Part shown: positions 7,913 to 17,006 of the stretch, one piece after another
Position numbering within the stretch: the stretch's first letter is position 1
Layout: each line of letters begins with the position of its first letter
Assembly (NCBI GenBank): GCA_964628935.1
Contig: CAZVOE010000001.1
Span: 28,769 to 89,879, forward strand
From: an uncultured Acidobacteriota bacterium
Lineage (GTDB): Bacteria > Acidobacteriota > Polarisedimenticolia > Polarisedimenticolales > DASRJG01
Length of the DNA stretch: 61,111 nucleotides
Direction: 5' to 3'
Notes under the pieces: generated by a model
Databases searched by the model: none
The model's input: only the letters and a program-made list of their open reading frames with translations
What the model was told of the DNA's origin: nothing
Program-made: the position numbers and the translations under genes

Positions 7913-10492
7913 CTACCAGCTCAGTCGGACCGCGTCCCCGACTCGATCGACGAGAACGAATGCCGGCGCCCCTCCGCCGTCGTCGACGAGGTAGTACCGG
8001 TCGACGCCGTCGAACGGCGCCGGCTCGTCCCAGACCTGCCCCTCTGCGACGTCGAACGCGTCGCGTTCGGTCGCCGACGACCGCGCGTCCGTCGCCGTCA
8101 TCTCGCGGAAGACTCGGTAGAGGCATGCCGGGCCGGCGCACGATTCGGGCTTCGCCTCGAGCAGGACGGGGCTCCGCGAGGGGAGTGGGAGGTCGAGGCT
8201 CCGCACGCCCGAGAACACCCCCAGCTCCTGTCGCCCCGAATCCTCCACTCGCGCGAGGGAGTAGTTGAGGAACGGAAGGCCGTGCCGGCCGGGATCGATT
8301 TCGACGGTGACCGAGGACGGCATCGAGCCCACGTTCACGAAGAAGAGCCCGAGAGCGCGCCCGCCATCGTCCCATCCCGACCGCACGATCGGATCGATCG
8401 ATCGGGTCCCGGTCTCGAAGAACTCCGGGCCGCGCTCCACACCGCTCGAGGTGTCGGTCGCGCGCTGGAAGGTGTTGTAGAGGCGCCAATCGACCGAGAC
8501 CGGCCCGGGCCCGGACAAGATGCGCGGCTCGCGGGTCATCCGCCCGTAGGCGAGGTACGGCCGCGCGAACCCTGTGCGCGCCCGGCCGAGCCGGCCGAGG
8601 AAAGTTCCCCGCTCCGCGACCGCTGGGTACGGCGAGTCGTCGATCACGTGGTAGGTCGCCTTGTAGGTCTCGTACCACGTGAAGAAATCGCTCATACCGG
8701 GGAACTTCTCGAGCGCCGAGAGTTCGTAGTTCAGTTCCGGAAGCCCTCCCCAGGCCACGACACGCGCGGCGATCCACCAGAAGATCTCGCCGAACTGCGC
8801 GGCCGCCTTGAGGTTCCCGTCGAGGGCGACTGGCCCGAGGTCGTGGTAGAGGTAGGCGAAGAGCGGGATCTTCTCCTTCCACCCCGCCTTCTCCCCCGCG
8901 CGGTGCTCGTCCCCTTCGAGCATCGACATCACGGAGCCCCCCGCACGCGCCTGGTAGAAATCGAAGTCGGGGAGGTACGGCTCCGAAAGCAGCTCGGTTC
9001 CGGCGGCGATCCTCCGTCCCGCCGCCTGATGCAGTTCCTCTCGGCGCGCCGCGTGCATCGCCCGGTAGCCGTCGATCATCCACCGCCCCGAGCCGGGAGG
9101 GTGGCCGTGCGACTCGACGTCGCAGCGGACCCGGCCGAGCCCGGCGCCGATGTCGTAGTAGCTCGCGTCGAAGCCGTAGCCGCCGAACAGGGTGAGGTTT
9201 CGCCAGCCGTGGAACGCTTGCCAGGCGGGGGTCGCGGGACACATGTAGGCCCAAGGATCGCTCTCGGGGTCCGGGATCATCTCGTACGGTTGCCACGGCG
9301 CGACCGGATCGGTCCCGGGGTCGGGCGCGGGAGCGTCCCACTCCGTCGCACCTCGGGAAAAGTGCAGGTCGAAGAGAAACAGCGCCCAACGGTCCCCGTT
9401 GTCCCGGATCGCCGCCAGGTTCGCGGCGTTGACGCGCCCGTCCGACCAGTCGTTGTATCCGCCGTACCACTCGCTCGCCGTCGTTCCCCCCGGCCACCAG
9501 AACCCGGACACGTGGAAGAGGGGCCCCCCGACCCAATCGTGGAGCGCGCGGTACCACCTCGCCTGGTCGAGGTTGATCGAGATTCCGAAGGTCGACCCGA
9601 GAACCTCCTCGTAGAGCCAACGAGGGACCTCGCCTTCCGGTCGATCCGCCACCCGGCCGCCCGAGGTCCACGGTTGCGCGAGCGCCCACATGCGGTATCG
9701 ATCGGCTGCCTCCTCCCAGTCCCCTTTCGCAAGGGAGGCGATTCTCACCTCGTAGCCGGGGTCCATGTCCCGACCCGCTCGGCGGTCCCACGCGAGGGTC
9801 TCGACGCTCCAGCGTAGATCGCCGTTCATCGGGTCCTTGTAGAAGGAGATGTTCTTCGCGGTGCCCGAGGAGTCGCGCGCCTCCATCGCGAAACCGCCCA
9901 CGCCCTCTCGGAAGTAGGCCGAGAGCTGGACGCACGCCCCGCCGTATGCGTCGGGGTAAAGACGCTTCGTCACCTGGGCCGGGAGGTTCGTCCAAGGGTC
10001 GCGGAACAGATAGCCCATCGCGACCGGCTGGAGGGCGAGGTCGGTCCCGCTTTCCGGCTGGAGCCTGCGGATCCCGGCGACGACGGGATACTCGAATGCG
10101 TGGACGGCGAGCGCCTCGTCCGCGTTGACGACCCGAGCCGTGAACCGCGCGTCGCTCGCGGCTTCGGGAAGCTCGATTCGCCCCATCACCGTGACGCCGG
10201 GCCGCGAGGTCGTCCACTGCAAGTCGACCGCACTCCCCGGATAGTCCGGATCCGACGAGAAAGAGAAGGTGGAGGGCGCGACGGTTCCCGCAGAAGTCGT
10301 GAGAACGAAGGCGGGACCGGCGCCGGGAACCGCGACCAGGTCGAGAGCGCGTTCAACGTTTCGAACCTGCCGGATCGCGCCGTTCCGGTCGTCGAGGCGA
10401 ATCTCGAGCCTTGCGTTCGCGACGACGATCTCACCCGCCCCGGCGGGGAAACAGACAGCGAGCGCGAGAGCCGGTCCAGCAAGCTGACGCAC
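7913..10492 (-). CDS. large secreted protein, DUF6259-like / putative glycoside-hydrolase-like
   Basis: 859 aa with a signal peptide (LAGPALALAVCFPAGAG). Composition is balanced and rich in W/Y/F, whereas the two overlapping alternative ORFs (7499..9817 + and 7644..10217 -) are Arg/Pro/Gly-rich. The function call is from memory of the family only. Confidence 0.55.
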   Translation of the reverse strand: MRQLAGPALALAVCFPAGAGEIVVANARLEIRLDDRNGAIRQVRNVERALDLVAVPGAGPAFVLTTSAGTVAPSTFSFSSDPDYPGSAVDLQWTTSRPGVTVMGRIELPEAASDARFTARVVNADEALAVHAFEYPVVAGIRRLQPESGTDLALQPVAMGYLFRDPWTNLPAQVTKRLYPDAYGGACVQLSAYFREGVGGFAMEARDSSGTAKNISFYKDPMNGDLRWSVETLAWDRRAGRDMDPGYEVRIASLAKGDWEEAADRYRMWALAQPWTSGGRVADRPEGEVPRWLYEEVLGSTFGISINLDQARWYRALHDWVGGPLFHVSGFWWPGGTTASEWYGGYNDWSDGRVNAANLAAIRDNGDRWALFLFDLHFSRGATEWDAPAPDPGTDPVAPWQPYEMIPDPESDPWAYMCPATPAWQAFHGWRNLTLFGGYGFDASYYDIGAGLGRVRCDVESHGHPPGSGRWMIDGYRAMHAARREELHQAAGRRIAAGTELLSEPYLPDFDFYQARAGGSVMSMLEGDEHRAGEKAGWKEKIPLFAYLYHDLGPVALDGNLKAAAQFGEIFWWIAARVVAWGGLPELNYELSALEKFPGMSDFFTWYETYKATYHVIDDSPYPAVAERGTFLGRLGRARTGFARPYLAYGRMTREPRILSGPGPVSVDWRLYNTFQRATDTSSGVERGPEFFETGTRSIDPIVRSGWDDGGRALGLFFVNVGSMPSSVTVEIDPGRHGLPFLNYSLARVEDSGRQELGVFSGVRSLDLPLPSRSPVLLEAKPESCAGPACLYRVFREMTATDARSSATERDAFDVAEGQVWDEPAPFDGVDRYYLVDDGGGAPAFVLVDRVGDAVRLSW

Positions 10493-10496
10493 GGGA

Positions 10497-11027
10497 TCAG
10501 TCGACGAACCGATAGTCGAGGACGAACGACTTGATCTGGCCGAGACAGATCGAGATCTGCGCCTCGGTGTGGAGCTCCGCCTGCACCTTGCGGCCGAGGT
10601 TCGCCGGATCGCACAGGTCCGTTCCGAAGTCCTCGCAATTGTAGATCCGGTAGTCCTGCCCCGCGGCCTCGATCATGTAGCCCGGACACTCGATGAGGGT
10701 ACGGAAGACGAGCGTTCCGTTGACGCGCTTGGCTCCGTCGGCCTCGAGCAGGCAAACCCGGATCGCGGGGTCCGCCGTGCAGGCGCCGTCCCCCGCGAAC
10801 TCCGCCCAGACCACGCCGGACAGGCCATCCCGGTACGCCCCTTTTGGATTCGAGATCTCGTAGAAGTTCCCGAGAACGTCCTCGAAGACGAGGCACCGGT
10901 CAGGACTCGAAGCGAGCTCGTGGAACGTGCCGCGGGTTCCCAGTTGGAAGGAGCAAGGTGCCGCCGAAGCAGGCGAGGCCACGAACGACAAGACGGCGAT
11001 CGCGAACAGCGTTCCGGGTTTCATCAT
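10497..11027 (-). CDS. secreted cysteine-rich protein of unknown function
   Basis: Start at ATG 11027, preceded by GGAGG. The signal peptide is MMKPGTLFAIAVLSFVASPASA. The mature part of about 155 aa contains 10 Cys and no motif I recognise. Confidence 0.6.
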   Translation of the reverse strand: MMKPGTLFAIAVLSFVASPASAAPCSFQLGTRGTFHELASSPDRCLVFEDVLGNFYEISNPKGAYRDGLSGVVWAEFAGDGACTADPAIRVCLLEADGAKRVNGTLVFRTLIECPGYMIEAAGQDYRIYNCEDFGTDLCDPANLGRKVQAELHTEAQISICLGQIKSFVLDYRFVD

Positions 11028-11349
11028 GGCACCTCCCCGGGGGGTTGTGAGAATCGTACTCCGAGGTCCTTCTCGGCGCAGCATGGATGGAGGTCTTCCT
11101 GGAAGCGGTGCTGCGGGGCGAGGAGGCGGCGGCCCGCGCGGCGGCGAACGGTCGCGGCATCCCTTGACGCCTCACCGCAAGAGGGGTAGAAGGTCACGCG
11201 CGGCGGTTGGGGAACGCCGATGGCCGCAGTCGGTGGGTGGCGCCGCGACGTCGGGAGCGCTCGAGGTGGAGCGCCCGCACGAACCCCTTGCATTTTTTGG
11301 CCCGGTTCGAGGCCGTGGGGGCCTCGTTGGGTTCTTAGGGGGGTTTTCC

Positions 11350-11928
11350 ATGAACGAGTGGAGGTCTGTCTGGCGGGCAGCCGCGGCGATCGCGGTCGTC
11401 GCGGCGGCGTTGTCCCCCGCAGGGGCGACGACCTTGATCCGCATGGGCGTCGACCACTTGGTGGCATCGAACGAGGCGGTCGTCTTGGGTCGCGTCGTCG
11501 ACGCGCAGGCGTACTGGAACGCGGAGGGAAGTTTCATCCTTTCCGACGTGAAAGTGCAGGTGCTCGACGTGCTCAAGGGAATCGTCGCGGACAACGAGAT
11601 CACGATCACGTTGATGGGTGGAAACGTCGGGGATTTGACGACCTTGATCGTGGCCGGACCGGATATGGCGGTCGGTAGCGAGTACGTCTTGTTCCTGAAT
11701 CGCGAGGACCTTCCCGGTGCCTCGGGGGTCCGTACCGTCCGCGATCTCGCCCAGGGGATCTTCGACGTTGTTGACGGCGGCGATGGCCCGCGTGCCGTCA
11801 GCCAGGCGTCGCGTCATCCGCTCCTTCCGGACGGCAGGGGGATCTCCGAGGCCCCCGGCGGGCAGGCGGGGATTCCGCTCGAGAACCTGATTCGCCAGGT
11901 CCGTGACCTCGCAAGCGCCGGGCGCTGA
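11350..11928 (+). CDS. secreted protein of unknown function, probably co-transcribed with the downstream matrixin
   Basis: ATG at 11350. Signal peptide WRAAAAIAVVAAALSPAGA. Normal amino-acid composition. Its stop lies 27 nt before the next gene. Confidence 0.6.
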   Translation: MNEWRSVWRAAAAIAVVAAALSPAGATTLIRMGVDHLVASNEAVVLGRVVDAQAYWNAEGSFILSDVKVQVLDVLKGIVADNEITITLMGGNVGDLTTLIVAGPDMAVGSEYVLFLNREDLPGASGVRTVRDLAQGIFDVVDGGDGPRAVSQASRHPLLPDGRGISEAPGGQAGIPLENLIRQVRDLASAGR

Positions 11929-11955
11929 GCGCCGCGGAAGAGGAAGGAGAAGACG

Positions 11956-12606
11956 ATGCGAAGAGGAATGCTCGTCCCCGCAGCCGCCCTCGTTGCCGTA
12001 ACGCTCGCCGCAACCTCGCCTTCTTGGGCGTTTCGCATGATCCAGAACACGACCGTCGGGCGCGTGAGCGCCGGCGCCGCGGTTGCCTGCAACGCTTCCG
12101 GCGGGTTCACCCACTGGACCGTCGCGAACATTCCCTGGTACCACAACACGTCGGGCCAGGGCTCTGGAAAGGCGACTGCCATCCAGAACTCTCTCGCGGC
12201 CTGGACCAACGTCACCAATGCAGACCACAATCTCACCTACGCTGGCACGACGTCGAATGGGTTCGTCACCGACGGACTCAACACGATGCTCTGGGCTCGA
12301 GGAAACGGGTGTACCGGCTCTTGCCTCGCGATTACGGCGCTCGTGCTGACCTCTGGCCAGGTGATCGTCGAATCCGATATTTCGTTTAACAGCCGATACA
12401 CGTGGAACACGAACGGTTCGAACTACGACACCCAGGCGGTCGCCACGCACGAGTTGGGACACGGGTTGGGGATCCATCATACGGAACTGACGAGTACGCC
12501 GCGTCCGACGATGTACGCCGCGTACTTCGGAACCGACGGACGCACCCTGGAAGCCGACGACAACTCGGCGCTTCAGTGCGCGGAGAGCCGGTACCCCTTG
12601 CCGTAG
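11956..12606 (+). CDS. secreted zinc metalloprotease, matrixin (M10) family
   Basis: 216 aa with a signal peptide. It carries the extended zinc motif HELGHGLGIHH followed by a Met-turn candidate (PTMYAAY). Confidence 0.8.
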   Translation: MRRGMLVPAAALVAVTLAATSPSWAFRMIQNTTVGRVSAGAAVACNASGGFTHWTVANIPWYHNTSGQGSGKATAIQNSLAAWTNVTNADHNLTYAGTTSNGFVTDGLNTMLWARGNGCTGSCLAITALVLTSGQVIVESDISFNSRYTWNTNGSNYDTQAVATHELGHGLGIHHTELTSTPRPTMYAAYFGTDGRTLEADDNSALQCAESRYPLP

Positions 12607-12929
12607 AGCGGTCGCACCGGAACGTGCTTCCCGCGAGGCCTGCCCCCTTCCGGGGGGCCGGCCTCGCCAATTCGGTCGGCTCGTCTTCCGTCTTCGTCCT
12701 TTTGGTGAGTCGACGGGCCGCGAAGGAGGCAGAACCGGCGGTCGTCGGCGACCTCGCCATCTACTGCGGGGTCGACCCCCGAAGCCGCGTCCGGGTCGAT
12801 CTCGGGCGGCACCGTGCTCGAAGCGGGCGCGGGCCGAGGGGGCTTCGCCTGGCACGGTGACCAGCTCCGGATCCACGACGGAACGGGTACGGGCAACGGG
12901 TCGACCGGAAAGAGGTGCTTGCCCCGTTG

Positions 12930-13982
12930 TCACTTCGCCAACGCGACGAGTGCGTAGGTCAGAGCGCCGAGGAGGGCCGACATGGGTACCGTGAGGACCC
13001 AGGCCCACAACACCCGCGCGGCGATCCCCCACCGTACCGCCGAAAGGCGTTGAATCGCTCCGACGCCGATGATCGCCCCGGTGATCGTGTGCGTCGTGCT
13101 CACGGGGATGCCGAGGTTCGCGGAGGTGAACAGGGAGATCGCGGCCGCGGTCTCCGCGCAGGCTCCCCCGTGCGGCTTGAGCCGGGTGAGCTTCATTCCC
13201 ATCGTTTTCACGATTCGCCAGCCTCCCGCCGCCGTTCCGAGTGCGATCGCGAGGTGACATGCGAGCACGATCCAGAACGGGAACTCGACCGCCCCCGTCT
13301 CGAAGGCCTGCTGCTGGCCCTTCCAGATGCTCGCGAAAAGGAGCGCTGCGATGATCCCCATCGTCTTCTGGGCGTCGTTCGTGCCGTGGCCAAGGCTGTA
13401 CAGCGCGGCCGAACCGAGCTGCACCACGCGAAAGACCCGATCGAGTCTCGCGGGTGAATGTTTCTGAAACGTCCAGACCACGATCAGGATGAGTCCGAGA
13501 CCCAGGGCGAAGCCCATCACGGGGGCAATGACGATGAACTCCAGCGTCGCCATCAGCCTCCCGATCCGGACGACTCCCTCGATCGTTCCGGCGAACGCGA
13601 TCGCCGCTCCCGCGAATCCGCCGAGGAGCGCGTGAGACGAGCTGGTCGGCAGACCCACGGACCACGTGATCAGATCCCAGACGATGGCTCCTACGAGCCC
13701 CGCGAGGATCACGTCGGCATTGACGAACTCCGGAAAGACGAACTTTGCGACGGTGTTCGCCACGGCCACGCCGAAGAACCACGCGGCTGCGAAATTCCAC
13801 CAGGCCGCCCAGAGGACGGCGGCGCCGGGCCGGAGCACCCGGGTTCCGACGATCGTCGCGATCGAGTTCGCGGCGTCGTGGAACCCATTGACGAAGTCGA
13901 AAAGGAGGGCCACAGCGACGATGGCGAGGACGTACGGCTCTCCGGCCAGGGCCCGCAACGTCTCGACGATGCCGAACGACAC
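12930..13982 (-). CDS. pitA: inorganic phosphate transporter, PiT family
   Basis: 350 aa, polytopic. It has the duplicated PiT signatures GFHDAANSIAT and GTNDAQKTMGII. Confidence 0.9.
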   Translation of the reverse strand: MSFGIVETLRALAGEPYVLAIVAVALLFDFVNGFHDAANSIATIVGTRVLRPGAAVLWAAWWNFAAAWFFGVAVANTVAKFVFPEFVNADVILAGLVGAIVWDLITWSVGLPTSSSHALLGGFAGAAIAFAGTIEGVVRIGRLMATLEFIVIAPVMGFALGLGLILIVVWTFQKHSPARLDRVFRVVQLGSAALYSLGHGTNDAQKTMGIIAALLFASIWKGQQQAFETGAVEFPFWIVLACHLAIALGTAAGGWRIVKTMGMKLTRLKPHGGACAETAAAISLFTSANLGIPVSTTHTITGAIIGVGAIQRLSAVRWGIAARVLWAWVLTVPMSALLGALTYALVALAK

Positions 13983-14004
13983 GACCGAGGTCCGTCTCTC
14001 GCGC

Positions 14005-14637
14005 TCAGGAGTACTTGACGAGGACCGTTTGGATGACGTCCGCGACGTCCTCGCACTTGTCGGTCGCGAGCTCGAGGTGCTCGTAGACGTCCTTCCACTT
14101 GATGATTTCGAGCGTGTCCCGCGGCTCCCCGTTGAACAGGCGGTTCAAGGCATCCCGCATCACCTGGTCGGCCTCGTTCTCGAGCTGATTGATTCGGGCG
14201 CACTGACGGACGATTTCGTCCTGCCGACCGAGATCGCGCAAGAGCCGGACGCCGGCTTCGACTTCCGACGCGGAGCACTCGATGATCTTCGCGAATTCCG
14301 CCGCGTGATGGGTGGGCTCGGTGATGCGGAATGTGACGAGACGCTTCGCGACGGCATCCACGTAGTCGAGGATGTCGTCCATGCGCACGCAGAGTTCGTA
14401 GATATCCTCTCGATCGAGCGGCGTCAGAAAGGTCTTGTTGAGCTTGTCCATCAGCTGGTGGACCAGCTCGTCCCCCTCCTGCTCGACCTCGTGGATGCGC
14501 TCGCTCGCCTTGCGGATCTCGGCAAGATCTCCCCGATCCAGGATGCAGCGCGCGAGGAGATTCGCCCCCTTCACCACGACCGCGGCTTGGGCTTCCAGCA
14601 AGTCGAAGAAACGTTCCTCGCGCGGGATGAATCTCAA
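14005..14637 (-). CDS. DUF47 (PhoU-like, TIGR00153-type) phosphate-transport accessory protein
   Basis: 210 aa, starting MRFIPREERFFDLLEAQA, with helical composition. It has the canonical position directly upstream of a PiT gene. Confidence 0.85.
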   Translation of the reverse strand: MRFIPREERFFDLLEAQAAVVVKGANLLARCILDRGDLAEIRKASERIHEVEQEGDELVHQLMDKLNKTFLTPLDREDIYELCVRMDDILDYVDAVAKRLVTFRITEPTHHAAEFAKIIECSASEVEAGVRLLRDLGRQDEIVRQCARINQLENEADQVMRDALNRLFNGEPRDTLEIIKWKDVYEHLELATDKCEDVADVIQTVLVKYS

Positions 14638-14756
14638 CGCCTGCCTCCGTTCGGACCGCTGTCGCGGAGCGCAGGTCTAGCACCGTAACGGAACCGTGAC
14701 AAGAGATTCGGGGCAATTTCGCCCTGGATTCGGCCCGGGCTCCCGTGGGAGGGGCG

Positions 14757-15158
14757 TCAGATCCCCTTGTGTTCCTCTTCCTGCTTGTAGAGGTACCGGA
14801 TGGCGTGCTTGAAGACGAGTAGGTTCGGCGCGTCGTCGCGGTTGACCTTGATGCAGTTGCGGTCGTACCACTCGATGTGGCCGCGAAGCTGCTGTCCGTC
14901 GTCGAGAACGACGACCATCGGAGTCCGCGCGTTCATCTGTTTCAGGTAGTAGAACGCCTCCGCGCTCGTGGCGTCGGGGGGTGCGGATCGGCGCCTCGGC
15001 CCTCCGGGTTGAGGGGCGGACTGGCCCGGGGGGGGTTCTGTCCGCTCCCGGGGCGGCGGTCCTTGGATCGCCGGGGTAAGGACGCCGCCGCTCCGGCCGT
15101 TACCGAGCCTCTCCTTGAGTTCGGCGAGATTGGGTCGCACGAGCTTCCGGTTCATCAT
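14757..15158 (-). CDS. hfq: Hfq-like Sm-fold RNA chaperone with a Pro/Gly-rich N-terminal extension
   Basis: The C-terminal 65 aa, AEAFYYLKQMNARTPMVVVLDDGQQLRGHIEWYDRNCIKVNRDDAPNLLVFKHAIRYLYK, match the Hfq helix-Sm1-Sm2 layout, including the KHAI Sm2 motif. Start inferred at ATGATG 15158/15155, preceded by GGGAG. Confidence 0.6.
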   Translation of the reverse strand: MMNRKLVRPNLAELKERLGNGRSGGVLTPAIQGPPPRERTEPPPGQSAPQPGGPRRRSAPPDATSAEAFYYLKQMNARTPMVVVLDDGQQLRGHIEWYDRNCIKVNRDDAPNLLVFKHAIRYLYKQEEEHKGI

Positions 15159-15343
15159 GGTGGCTCCCGAATCGCCTGGCCCCGCCGCCAGTTCTACCAA
15201 ATTGAATTCGTATAATTACGCTTTTTCGTGACCACATCGTCCCCCGACGGCAGCGGGGTCCGCTTCGCCATTCGCGGGAAACGATCCAATTCTCAAAAAT
15301 CCTACTGGCAGACGCATGTCGGCGCAAGCCGCTTCTGAAGGTT

Positions 15344-16336
15344 TTAGGGTTTTGAAAGCCTGGCCGCGTACTTCGGGGAAACCCAGACCTCCGCCTCCTC
15401 CCAAGCCCGTTTCATGAACGCATTGTTGAGGTCCCGGTATCGCTGATTCCAAATCTCCCTTCGAATCGACTCCTTCACCTCTTCGAACGGTTGTATCGCG
15501 TCGTCCCGCCGGGACTCCACCATGAGCAGGTGAACCCCGTAGTCCGTCTCGATCGCCGGGCCCACCTCTCCGACCGCAAGACTGAAAGCCTGCGCTTCGA
15601 GGGCGGGCGCGAGATCGCCCCGCCGGACCTTCCCGAGCAGCCCCCCTTGCGCCCGGGTGCCGGCCTCCGAGACTTCGGACGCGATCGCCGCGAAGTCGGC
15701 GCCCGGCGTCGTCGCTCGGGCGCGCACCGCCTCGGCGAGCTCGAGCGCCGCTGCGCGACCGCGCTGTGCGGAGAGGATCACGATTTCCCGGACCACGGCC
15801 TCGGCGGCCACGCGGAAACGCTCCGGATCGGCGTCGTAGGCCTGCCGGACCTCCGCCTCGGAGACCGAGACGCGGCTCCGCACCTCGTAGTTTTCCACCT
15901 CCTGCGGGGCATACATCTCGATCAGGCGCTTGCGCAGGTCCTCCTCGGTGAGGCCCTCCGCCGCCAGCAGACGCGCCAACTCGTCGCGGTTCGGGATCCC
16001 CTGCTGTTCGAGGAACGAGTCAATCAGGGCCGATCCGAGCTTGTCGACATCGTACATCCGCATCGCGCGATGCAAGAGGATCTTACGTTGGATCATGTCG
16101 CGGAGAAGTTCCCTGCGCATCCGGTCGATCTCGCGATCGAGTTCGGCCCCGCTCAGGCGCCGGTACGCTTCGGCGACGCTCTCCTGCTCCGCCGCCTCGA
16201 ACTCCGACCGGGTAATGATGTCGTCGTTGATCTTCGCGACGATCTCCTCGACGACTTCCCCTCTCGCCGGTGCGAGGACGAGGAGGAAGCACGTGCAGAG
16301 AATCGCCCGGACAATCGAACTCCGAAAGCCTCGCAT
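15344..16336 (-). CDS. periplasmic peptidyl-prolyl isomerase/chaperone, SurA-like with a single PpiC parvulin domain
   Basis: 330 aa with a signal peptide. SurA N-terminal domain (IVAKINDDIITRSEFE) and a parvulin domain (GGLLGKVRRGDLAPALEAQAFSLAVGEVGPAIETDYGVHLLMV). Confidence 0.8.
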   Translation of the reverse strand: MRGFRSSIVRAILCTCFLLVLAPARGEVVEEIVAKINDDIITRSEFEAAEQESVAEAYRRLSGAELDREIDRMRRELLRDMIQRKILLHRAMRMYDVDKLGSALIDSFLEQQGIPNRDELARLLAAEGLTEEDLRKRLIEMYAPQEVENYEVRSRVSVSEAEVRQAYDADPERFRVAAEAVVREIVILSAQRGRAAALELAEAVRARATTPGADFAAIASEVSEAGTRAQGGLLGKVRRGDLAPALEAQAFSLAVGEVGPAIETDYGVHLLMVESRRDDAIQPFEEVKESIRREIWNQRYRDLNNAFMKRAWEEAEVWVSPKYAARLSKP

Positions 16337-16340
16337 GAGG

Positions 16341-17006
16341 TTAGTGTACGGGCGCTCCCGCCGATTCGGCCACGTACCGGAACGGAAGGTTCTCGGGTAC
16401 GACCCGGAGGGGGGTGGAGGACGTCACCCGCGCAACGAGCGCGGCGACGGCGCGTTCCGCCTTCTCGTGCTCGATGTGCTCGCGCGCGCTCCGGCGGACC
16501 GACTCCGGATCCCCCGTACCGGCCGCGCCCGCGACGTACGCGTCGAGTTCCTCGTCGGTCACGATCGAGGCAGCGCGAGCCTCCGATTCGAGGAGCTTCT
16601 GCACGAGAATTTCCCTTCGCGCTCGTTTTCGACGCGCCTCCTCCTCGGCGGCGGATCCCTCCTTCCCCACCGCTCCTCCGGTGAGCCAGGCGTCGATCTC
16701 CTCCGGATCGACGTCGAGGCCGACGGATTCCGCCTCGGCGGCGAGGGCGATCTCCTTCGCGAGATCATCGAGCAGTCGGCTCTGAACCTCCGCCGTTACC
16801 GCTTCGGCCTCCCACGCTCCCTCGTCGTCCATCTGGAGCTGCGAGGCGAGGTAGTCGTCGAGTTCGCCGCGCGTGATGGCTCGCTCCCCGAGAAATGCCA
16901 CCGGGAGATCGGCGATCTTCGCCTTGTCTTCGCCTTCGCATGCCGCGAGCGCCATCACGGCGACCACGGCGAGGACCCCTCGGAGAACCCAACCGACACG
17001 GCTCAC
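16341..17006 (-). CDS. lipoprotein with a SurA-N-like chaperone domain
   Basis: 221 aa with lipobox VMALAAC and an acidic helical body. The GTG start at 17006 overlaps the mfd stop (GTGA). Confidence 0.55.
   Translation of the reverse strand: MSRVGWVLRGVLAVVAVMALAACEGEDKAKIADLPVAFLGERAITRGELDDYLASQLQMDDEGAWEAEAVTAEVQSRLLDDLAKEIALAAEAESVGLDVDPEEIDAWLTGGAVGKEGSAAEEEARRKRARREILVQKLLESEARAASIVTDEELDAYVAGAAGTGDPESVRRSAREHIEHEKAERAVAALVARVTSSTPLRVVPENLPFRYVAESAGAPVH

Noticed and set aside
12607-12929. A GC-rich hairpin (tgCCCCCttccGGGGGgcc near 12650) in the convergent matrixin/PiT gap, considered as a bidirectional terminator.
   Set aside because: No U/T tract follows on either strand and the stem is short. 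I cannot distinguish it from random GC-rich self-complementarity.
15202-15216. TTGAAT and TATAAT hexamers that look like a sigma-70 promoter on the plus strand.
   Set aside because: The hexamers are only 3 nt apart instead of about 17, and no plus-strand gene lies downstream. The AT-rich patch more likely belongs to the minus-strand promoter of the hfq-like gene, but I could not define -35 and -10 boxes.
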